The notes under the pieces are model-generated. The model was given only the letters and a program-made list of their open reading frames with translations. It had not been told where the DNA came from and made no database searches. From Longimicrobium sp. (lineage in GTDB: Bacteria > Gemmatimonadota > Gemmatimonadetes > Longimicrobiales > Longimicrobiaceae), in assembly GCA_035630095.1 (NCBI GenBank), contig DASQLJ010000533.1, forward strand, positions 1 to 41,519: a stretch of DNA of 41,519 nucleotides, given 5' to 3'. Shown here in pieces: positions 17,490 through 24,882 of this stretch (positions are counted from its first letter, which is position 1; the number at the start of each line of letters is the position of its first letter). The translations under genes were made by a program, and so were the position numbers.

Positions 17490-18928
17490 GGCCGTACCTC
17501 TACTACGACGTGGCGCTGGCGCTCTGCTCGCGCTGCCTGCGCAAGGTGGAGGGGAAGGTGCTCTTCCAGGATGGCTGCGTGTACCTGGAGAAGCGCTGCC
17601 CCGAGCACGGCCGCGAGCGCGTGCTGGTGGCCGACGACATCGACTACTACAAGCGCTCGCGCGAGGTCTTCATCAAGCCGCCCGAGCAGCCCAACCACAA
17701 CCAGACGCCGATCCGCTACGGCTGCCCGTACGACTGCGGCCTCTGCCCCGACCACGAGCAGCATTCCTGTCTCGCGCTGATCGAGGTCACCGACGCGTGC
17801 AACCTCAAGTGCCCGGTCTGCTACGCCGAGAGCGGCCCGCACCGCCCCGACTTCCGCCCGCTGGAGCTGATCGAGCGGATGATGGACGCGCTGGTGAAGA
17901 GCGAGACCAGCCCCGACGTGGTGCAGATCAGCGGCGGCGAGCCCACGCTGCACCCGGCCTTCTTCGAGATCCTGGACGCCGCCCGCGCGCGCCCCATCAA
18001 GCACCTGATGGTGAACACCAACGGGCTCAGGATCGCCGAGGACCGCGAGTTCGTCCGCCGGCTGGCGGAGTACCGCAAGGGCTTCGAGGTCTACCTCCAG
18101 TTCGACTCGCTGCGCCGCGAGCCGCTGATGGCGCTGCGCGGCGCCGACCTGCGCCGCATCCGCCGCAAGGCGCTGGAGCACCTGAACGAGTTCGACATCT
18201 CCACCACCCTGGTCGTCACCCTCAAGAAGGGGCTGAACGACGGCGAGGTGGGCGAGATCATCCAGTTCGCGCTGGAGCAGCCGTGCGTGCGGGGGGTCAC
18301 CTTCCAGCCCGTGCAGGCCGCCGGGCGGCTGGAGGAGTTCGACCCCGCGACCGACCGGCTCACGCTCACCGAGGTGCGCCGCGCCATCTACGAGCAGAGC
18401 GGCGTCTTCCGCGCCGAGGACGTGGTGCCGGTGCCCTGCCACCCCGACTGCTTGGCGATGGCGTACGCGGTGAAGCTGAACGGCCGGGTCATCCCGCTCA
18501 CGGGGATGATCGACCCCAAGATCCTGATCGAGGGCGGGAGCAACACCATCGTCTTCGAGCAGGACGAGGGGCTGCGCACGGCGCTCTTCCGCGCCTTCAG
18601 CACCAACCACTCGCCCGAGAGCGGCGCCCAGTCGCTGCGCGAGCTGCTGTGCTGCCTCCCGCTGGTCTCGGTGCCGCGAGAGTTCGGCTACGCCAACGTC
18701 TTCCGCGTCCTCGTGGTGCAGTTCATGGACGCGTACTCGATGGACATCCGCTCGGTGAAGAAGAGCTGCATCCACATCGTGCACCCGGACGGGCGGCTGA
18801 TCCCCTTCGACACCTACAACCTGTTCTACCGCGACGGCCGCGAGGCGAGCTGGAAGCCGCGGATGGCCGATCCCTGGGCCGAGCGCGGCCGCCTGCCGCT
18901 GCTGCAGGCGCACGGCGGCGTCGCGTGA
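17474..18928 (+). CDS. Radical SAM protein, MJ0619/Tes (tetraether synthase)-like family
   Basis: N-terminal CSRC...KRCPEHG, CPYDCGLCPDH, SAM motif CNLKCPVC, SGGEPT, NTNG, PCHPDC, C-terminal SCIH...DGRLIPF. Confidence 0.85.
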   Translation: MSDKVRPYLYYDVALALCSRCLRKVEGKVLFQDGCVYLEKRCPEHGRERVLVADDIDYYKRSREVFIKPPEQPNHNQTPIRYGCPYDCGLCPDHEQHSCLALIEVTDACNLKCPVCYAESGPHRPDFRPLELIERMMDALVKSETSPDVVQISGGEPTLHPAFFEILDAARARPIKHLMVNTNGLRIAEDREFVRRLAEYRKGFEVYLQFDSLRREPLMALRGADLRRIRRKALEHLNEFDISTTLVVTLKKGLNDGEVGEIIQFALEQPCVRGVTFQPVQAAGRLEEFDPATDRLTLTEVRRAIYEQSGVFRAEDVVPVPCHPDCLAMAYAVKLNGRVIPLTGMIDPKILIEGGSNTIVFEQDEGLRTALFRAFSTNHSPESGAQSLRELLCCLPLVSVPREFGYANVFRVLVVQFMDAYSMDIRSVKKSCIHIVHPDGRLIPFDTYNLFYRDGREASWKPRMADPWAERGRLPLLQAHGGVA

Positions 18929-19006
18929 GCGGTTCCGGCATCACGCGGGGTGGGGATGGGGGATCGTGGCGAGGGACGTGACGGACCGGAACCGGAGACG
19001 ACATCG

Positions 19007-19465
19007 ATGAGCGACGAGACCCCCGCGGGCGATCCGCGAGACGAGCGAGGCTGGGCGCCGGACGACGGCCCTCCGCCGCCGCCACCGCCTCCACCGCCCG
19101 GCAGTGGATACGCCTACCAGGAGTGGCCGCACGACGCGCCGCCCGGAACCGGGCCCGGGCCGGCGCCGGAGCATGGCAACTCCGGCGCGGTCGCCCGCGG
19201 CGTGCGCGCGGCGGCGATGATCTTCGGCGTCGCTGTGGCGCTGCACCTGGTGACGCTGGCGGTGGTGAAGCTGATGGGCGGGAACGCCGCGGGGTGGATC
19301 TTCATCCCCGAAGGGCTGTTCGTGGTGGTCGGCGGCTTCGTCGCCGCGATCGTGATCACCTCCAAGCTGCCGCTGGACTCGCGCGCTCCATTCTGGATCT
19401 CGGGGGTCGCGTTCATGGCGCTCTCTTTCATCGTCTGGGGCGCCACCTGCGCGATCGCGCTCTGA
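19007..19465 (+). CDS. Hypothetical membrane protein with Pro-rich N-terminus
   Basis: Poly-Pro tract followed by three hydrophobic helices; GGAG RBS. Confidence 0.7.
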   Translation: MSDETPAGDPRDERGWAPDDGPPPPPPPPPPGSGYAYQEWPHDAPPGTGPGPAPEHGNSGAVARGVRAAAMIFGVAVALHLVTLAVVKLMGGNAAGWIFIPEGLFVVVGGFVAAIVITSKLPLDSRAPFWISGVAFMALSFIVWGATCAIAL

Positions 19466-19471
19466 CGAGGG

Positions 19472-19543
19472 ATGAGCTTTCTTCTCTTCGTCGACGAGAG
19501 TGGCCACGACCACCGCACGATGCCGTACGAGGTGCGCGGCGGG
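19472..19543 (+). pseudogene. Truncated DUF3800-family gene (N-terminal 24 codons only)
   Basis: MSFLLFVDESGHDHRTMPYEVRGG matches the hhhhDESG start of DUF3800 (RNase H-like) proteins, then similarity stops. Confidence 0.65.
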
Positions 19544-19564
19544 TGGGGTAGAGGAAGTGTTGCG

Positions 19565-19640
19565 GGGGGAAAAGAAAAGGAGGTAAAGCTGTCGGGATCA
19601 CCGTGCGAGACGGCGACCCCTAAGCAGAACCTCCGCCTTC
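19565..19640 (+). ncRNA. Candidate DUF3800-associated structured RNA motif
   Basis: A-rich lead, then nested stems GGAGGT(19579-84)/ACCTCC(19629-34), GCT/AGC, GGG/CCC, CCGT/ACGG, directly after the DUF3800 remnant. Confidence 0.35.
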
Positions 19641-19897
19641 AAGATACCGCCCCACCCGCGTCGTTTCAATCTATACCACTTCTCACGATTATCCGTGCAA
19701 GCCCCGGGGTGTCATCCTGAGGCCGACCACGCCTCGCCGCGTCCTCGCTAAAGCTTTCAGGCCGAAAGGATCCATAACCCGTTGGCGCGACACCGTGGAG
19801 GTAGCGCTCCATTGATCGTAGATCCTTCGGCGCTGCGGCCACCGGTGTGACCGCAGCGCCCAATTGGCCGCCCAACAACATCCCGGGCGGAGCACGC

Positions 19898-20701
19898 CTA
19901 TGCGTTGGCGGTCGGCGTGCCGATCAGGGCGGGGACGGTGTTCTTGAACTCGCCGCTGGAGAGGACCTGGATGTTGTGCGCCACATCGGTGCTCTCGCGG
20001 GCGCGGATCAGGCGCACGATCAGGCCGTCGTTCAGCACCGCGTCGCTGACCAGCGACGCCTGCATGTCGCGCGTGCTCATGCGCGCCACCTGCGGCAGCT
20101 TCCTGAGCGGGGCCAGCTCCTTCGCGAACGCCCACGCCGCGTCGCGCGCCTTCTCCATCGAGAAGCCCACCATCTTCAGCTCGAGCTTGGGCGCGATCCC
20201 GCTGAGCTCCTTGAATACGGGCGAGGTGTCGTCGAGCTGCTGCTCCACGATCGGCGTCAGCCCGGCCAGCAGGTCGTTGATGCGGTTGAAGTCGACCCGC
20301 AGCCCGTCGATGGCGCCGCCGGGGCCGGCGACGCGCGCGGCGGCGACGCCCAAGTCCAGGTTGATGTGCGCGTTCATCCCCGCCAGCAGGTGCTGCAGGA
20401 CGATGTGGTTCGACGTCTGCGCGGCGTTGAACGCCTTGTACCAGCTCACGCTGGGCAGCTCGCCCGAGCGGTAGGTGTCGTAGGCCGTGATGTACCGGTT
20501 GGCGAAGATCACGTCCAGCCGCTCCATCCGCGCGCCGTCCTGGAAGGCGCCGGCCTTGATGCCGTCGCGCACGGCCAGCGTCACGCGGTTGTAGAGCGCG
20601 GCGAAGTAGCCGAGCCGGTCCTGCCGGGCGATGCAGTCCTTGATGATCGCTTGGAGGCGCTCGATCACGCCGTCGATGGTGTCGGGAAGGGTCGTTGCCA
20701 T
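19898..20701 (-). CDS. DUF5995-family protein
   Basis: GYFAALYNRVT, RMERLDVIFANRY, LQHLLAGMNAHINLDL motifs. Confidence 0.8.
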   Translation of the reverse strand: MATTLPDTIDGVIERLQAIIKDCIARQDRLGYFAALYNRVTLAVRDGIKAGAFQDGARMERLDVIFANRYITAYDTYRSGELPSVSWYKAFNAAQTSNHIVLQHLLAGMNAHINLDLGVAAARVAGPGGAIDGLRVDFNRINDLLAGLTPIVEQQLDDTSPVFKELSGIAPKLELKMVGFSMEKARDAAWAFAKELAPLRKLPQVARMSTRDMQASLVSDAVLNDGLIVRLIRARESTDVAHNIQVLSSGEFKNTVPALIGTPTANA

Positions 20702-20896
20702 GAGAGATGATCCGGATGAAGGGAACCACGCCGCGGGGATCGAACGATAACCACGCGCCGCCCGCCGCTCAAGCGCCGCGTGCGGCCTCCACCCCGTCAG
20801 CCGTGACGGTGGCGAGCTACGGGTTTGCTGTGGAGTTCCGACGGTAGGTGCGCAGCTGCATGGCTGTGAGGCATAATACGCTATCAAACACACAAC

Positions 20897-21355
20897 TTAC
20901 GGAGGGGCTGGAGAGCGCCGACGCACTCTAGCCTGCCAGCGCGATTTCTCCATACTGCGTAAGACGTGATACCCGTCTTCGGTTGGGCTTTTGCTCTGCT
21001 GAACCACCCCTGCCATTGACACTAACGCGGCTCTCACCGCCTCCAACCTGAGTCGCTCAGGGACGGAGTCCAGTTGGGCACAAAGTGCCTTTTTGAACAA
21101 CTCGTCGTCCTCAGGAAGCCGCTCGGAAACCTGCAACATTTCATACTGACCCGACAACGCTTCCTTAAGGGTCGTATCTGGTAAATTCAAAGTCTTTGAC
21201 AGCCGCAGGAGAGTAGCTTTGTGAGGGCGCTTGGTAACTCGGGAAAGGATGCGCCAGAGCGTCTGACGGGACACATCCGCCCGCATCGCGAGTTCGTCGT
21301 GTGTCATCCCGCTCGTCTTCAGCGCGGCCTCAATCCGCTTGATCAGTTCGTCCAT
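20897..21355 (-). CDS. XRE/Cro-type HTH transcriptional regulator (cassette copy 2)
   Basis: MTHDELAMRADVSRQTLWRILS...PHKATLLRLSKTL HTH; C-terminal LDSVPERLRLEAVRAALVSM matches copy 1. Confidence 0.82.
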   Translation of the reverse strand: MDELIKRIEAALKTSGMTHDELAMRADVSRQTLWRILSRVTKRPHKATLLRLSKTLNLPDTTLKEALSGQYEMLQVSERLPEDDELFKKALCAQLDSVPERLRLEAVRAALVSMAGVVQQSKSPTEDGYHVLRSMEKSRWQARVRRRSPAPP

Positions 21356-21443
21356 TCTATTGTGGGCGTCGTGCTGGCTGCTGGGGGTTATCTGCCGAGA
21401 TGGTGCAAATGTAACAACATAACTTAGGCTACGTCCACCCGGG

Positions 21444-21482
21444 TGCAAAATAGGTTGCAAATTTGGAGTTCGGCATTATCTT
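21444..21482 (+). promoter_or_regulatory. Sigma70-like promoter with overlapping inverted repeat (candidate operator)
   Basis: TTGCAA(21455-60)-16 nt-TATCTT; TGCAA-N6-TTGCA inverted repeat at 21444-21459; equivalent position to copy 1. Confidence 0.5.
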
Positions 21483-21610
21483 AAATGTGATAGCCGATCT
21501 CGTGTGGTGCGTAGAAACTCAAGGGCACAAGAGTTGTTATACGCAGAGGGTCTCCTTGCTAGTCCTAGGTCGAGGATGAGGATATCACCCCAACGTGTGT
21601 TGGAGGCGAC

Positions 21611-22030
21611 ATGGTTGAAATGATGAACAAAGTTGAGCAGGGAGAGGCGGCCGCTGACCGCGCCTTCGTCGCGTTCTTGGCAGCTCTCTATCTTGAAGGA
21701 CTAGAACAAATGAGTGCCGGGGGGGACCTCCTGCACAAGAGCTTCCACGGCGCGTTGCACGTTCTCCGGCAAAATGCCACTACGGGGGGATGGTTTCGTC
21801 GGTTCCGAGCGAGTCCCACGTCCGGGCGTATCGAGGCACTTGATCGCGCGATTATACGGGCTGAGCAGTACGGACTCGTCCAGTTCCCAAACCCTTCATA
21901 TACGCGGGTGAGGGTGGCGCTTTCGCCGGTCGACGCCCAACTGCTGCTTAGTGACGTTGGGGAGGAGCGCGAGACGATAGAGCAGGCCGCACGTGAATTC
22001 CGGAAGGTCTACGAGGCGAATCGTTGGTAG
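21611..22030 (+). CDS. Small putative winged-helix protein (YwgA/SocA-Panacea-like), cassette copy 2
   Basis: GGAGG RBS; paralog of 5401..5814. Confidence 0.7.
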   Translation: MVEMMNKVEQGEAAADRAFVAFLAALYLEGLEQMSAGGDLLHKSFHGALHVLRQNATTGGWFRRFRASPTSGRIEALDRAIIRAEQYGLVQFPNPSYTRVRVALSPVDAQLLLSDVGEERETIEQAAREFRKVYEANRW

Positions 22031-22034
22031 GGCC

Positions 22035-24761
22035 GTGTCGCTAATTGAGCTGCGGCGGGGTGAGCATACAATCCGGGCGCTATCCGGCAGGGTAGATACT
22101 TGGGTTGGCAATGTCTTGCGGCCATACATCGCGGAGGTCCCATCCAGTCCCTATAAACGGTCTAAGGATATCCACGACACCGTCTGGGGTACGGTATTCC
22201 TCGAACCGTGGGAGTTGTACTGCCTTGATTCACCGCTCCTCCAACGACTTCGTTACATCCGGCAGTTAGGCGTTGCGCATTTTCTCTTTCCGTCCACAGG
22301 CTACTCCCGCTTTGAACACACCATTGGGAGTCTTGAGCAAGCGGAACGGATATTTAGAAGTCTCGCTGTGAGTTCATCGGCGCGTGCGCCAAGTCTGACT
22401 GAGGATGATAACAGGTATGCGCTTCGATTGGCGGCTCTGTTCCATGATGTTGGACACTGTGCTCTAAGCCACGTTACGGAGAAATTTTACCGACTACATC
22501 CTGAGGTTGCTGAAGCGACAGAAATAGCAGGTGATCACTACGGGCGGTCTATCTCTTCGTCGGAGCTGTTATCGTTGCTCATCATCTCCTCACCAGGCGT
22601 TCACGAGTTACTCAACAGGGCTGAAATTGGGATCCGAAGAGCTCCGCGCGGCGATGATCTCGTCGAATTCATGGCCAACTGTATCACCGGATCAGTAGCT
22701 CAAGCATTCCCGAACGCCTTTATCGCCCAGATACTGAACGGAACAATCGATTGCGACAAGCTGGATTATCTGGCCCGTGATTCGAGAATGGCTGGCACAC
22801 CGGTCATGCTCGACGCACAGCGGTTACAGGCAAAGCTTCGCGTTGTCGCGGTGGAGGATATTCTTCGTCATGAACAAACGCATATTCTGGCTATCGATGT
22901 AAGTGGCGCGCGTGCCTTGGAGGAGATGCTGGCGTCACGAGTTTTTCTCTACGACAAATTGTATTTCCATCATAAAGTGCAAGCTGCGGAGGAGTTGGTT
23001 CGGCGGGCGCTGCGCGAAGTGGAGTCCGAACTTGCTGAGGTGGCTGATCCAGCCTTCCTGCTGCAATTCAGTGACGAGCAGTTACTGGATTTGGCTCACC
23101 CGAAATTCAACAGGAATAGTGACGCGATATCTCGCGCGAGTAATCTGTTGGAGCGGGTACGGTATCGGAGATTGCCACGGCGGACATTTGCGTTTGCTCC
23201 GAGATTCCTCTTACCTGCGCCGGAGTTTATTACTAGGCTCTATACGGACGAGTCCACAGCGCAAGCTGACGTTGATGTGCGGCGCGGAAAGGTCAAGACG
23301 AAGCGGACCCTCGCTGGGCTGGAGTATGATCATTCTAGGCTCGCGCTTGCAGAGGAAATCAGGAATCGCGCAGTGGAGCTTGGGGAGGTGAACGCTCAGA
23401 CCTTTGTTGCATGGCCGAAAGCAACGAGTGTTGTCGGAGGCGGCGATATTGCCGCCGTTGATGCAGATGGGAACGTGTGGCCGGCAGATGTAATGTTCGC
23501 TGCCAACAAGTGGGTTGATGCATACAGCACGAGCAAACAAACGGGATATGTGTTTGCTTTGTCACCCAGTCCCCGTTTGTTTCTTGCATCCGAACGTGCA
23601 TTCGGTGACCGCGGTGTTTGGATGAATGACAGGGCACTTACCTTCTCTAAAACAAAACGTTCTGAGGTTGACGCGGAGCGCAATCGTCTCGTAGCCGATC
23701 ACGCCGATGACGAAGGATGGATTCGCCACCGTTTGCCTCCAACCTGGCTAGACGAAGCTTCTGCAAAGGGCAGGATAGAAGCGGTGTCTGAGGAGTATGC
23801 CGCTTCACTCGGCGCCATCGGTATCTCATCTCGTCAATGGCTGTATTCGTGGCTTTGGCAGTTCCCCGATGCCGATTTACAAGAGTCAGCACTTCGCATT
23901 GCAGAGAATTTTCACGTATATGGACGAGCGGAACGTGCCAAACTTATCCAACAACATATTGATTTAATCGGGCGAGGGGGCGCTTGGTGCTACTTCTCAG
24001 CTCCCGAAGGAAGGCGTGCTAAGTCCGCCGAGATGCTCGGTTATTATCTAAAGGATCTCGGTCCCAATCACCCAGAGCCGCGTAAGCTGACCGAATATTC
24101 TCCCGACGAAATCCGCAATCGTGGTATGATTCGATTTTTTGATGATTGTAGTTGTACTGGTGCGCAAGCGGTAAGTCTGCTTGGCTCTTGGTTCGGTCGC
24201 GAAGACCTCGTCAGGAGCCCACGCGACGCAGCCGAACCCCTCCCCGATCCGTTACGGGAAGCAATCCTCCAAGTTCCCGTGCACGTCTTCTTCTGTGTTT
24301 CTCGCGGGTCCGCCGTCGACGCTGTAACAACGGCGGGGCGCGAACTCGGTCTCGATCTTCACGTGCATGTGGGCGAGGACTACGAGGCAGCGAAGTACAC
24401 GCTTAACTCCGTTGCATTTGCAACCCCCGCGAGTGAGCGGCGGATTCGTACATTCCTTCAGAACCAAGGGGAAGCATTACTCGAACATCGGCGCATGGAT
24501 CCGCAGCATCCGTGGACGGGCGATCAAATCAGATCATTTGCATTGGGGTACGACGGTGCGGCGGCACTATTTGGTTTCGAGTATTCTGTAGCGAGTGCGA
24601 TCGTTACCGCTCTCTGGGAGGGTCGGTATCATGCGCCTGACCCATGGCTGCCGCTTGTGCCTCGGTACCCAAATGAGGTTGCGAAGCGCTTCAGCCCGGA
24701 GCAGATCGGGCGGGGTGATCTCGCAGAACCGCCGCCGCTGGATCCTGCTTCAGACGTCTAA
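22035..24761 (+). CDS. SAMHD1/dGTPase-like HD phosphohydrolase fused to a PRTase-like domain (cassette copy 2)
   Basis: RLRYIRQLG, SRFEHTIG, LFHDVGHCALSH, DCDKLDYLARD, YFHHK; PRTase loop IRFFDDCSCTGAQ; ALGYDG; WLPLVPR. Start GTG 22035 by alignment with copy 1. Confidence 0.88.
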   Translation: MSLIELRRGEHTIRALSGRVDTWVGNVLRPYIAEVPSSPYKRSKDIHDTVWGTVFLEPWELYCLDSPLLQRLRYIRQLGVAHFLFPSTGYSRFEHTIGSLEQAERIFRSLAVSSSARAPSLTEDDNRYALRLAALFHDVGHCALSHVTEKFYRLHPEVAEATEIAGDHYGRSISSSELLSLLIISSPGVHELLNRAEIGIRRAPRGDDLVEFMANCITGSVAQAFPNAFIAQILNGTIDCDKLDYLARDSRMAGTPVMLDAQRLQAKLRVVAVEDILRHEQTHILAIDVSGARALEEMLASRVFLYDKLYFHHKVQAAEELVRRALREVESELAEVADPAFLLQFSDEQLLDLAHPKFNRNSDAISRASNLLERVRYRRLPRRTFAFAPRFLLPAPEFITRLYTDESTAQADVDVRRGKVKTKRTLAGLEYDHSRLALAEEIRNRAVELGEVNAQTFVAWPKATSVVGGGDIAAVDADGNVWPADVMFAANKWVDAYSTSKQTGYVFALSPSPRLFLASERAFGDRGVWMNDRALTFSKTKRSEVDAERNRLVADHADDEGWIRHRLPPTWLDEASAKGRIEAVSEEYAASLGAIGISSRQWLYSWLWQFPDADLQESALRIAENFHVYGRAERAKLIQQHIDLIGRGGAWCYFSAPEGRRAKSAEMLGYYLKDLGPNHPEPRKLTEYSPDEIRNRGMIRFFDDCSCTGAQAVSLLGSWFGREDLVRSPRDAAEPLPDPLREAILQVPVHVFFCVSRGSAVDAVTTAGRELGLDLHVHVGEDYEAAKYTLNSVAFATPASERRIRTFLQNQGEALLEHRRMDPQHPWTGDQIRSFALGYDGAAALFGFEYSVASAIVTALWEGRYHAPDPWLPLVPRYPNEVAKRFSPEQIGRGDLAEPPPLDPASDV

Positions 24762-24882
24762 GTAGGTTGCCAGAAGTTCTGTCGATCGGTCGAACGGCGA
24801 TTACTGAAGCAGGATGCAGATACTCGCCGCTAAAAGTCGACAAGACTTTTGAGCACCTACTTAGGGCACAAGCAAGCAGCCG

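Larger units (their letters stand above)
20810..24880. other. Lower-GC accessory island 2 (XRE regulator + small protein + HD-PRTase)
   Basis: Composition shift; same gene order and orientation as island 1. No mobility gene seen. Confidence 0.8.

Noticed and set aside
19069-19100. CCG-rich repeat
   Set aside because: Poly-proline coding tract of the membrane protein.
20810-24880. Prophage, ICE or transposon call for the islands
   Set aside because: No integrase, transposase, tRNA target or convincing flanking direct repeats were found.
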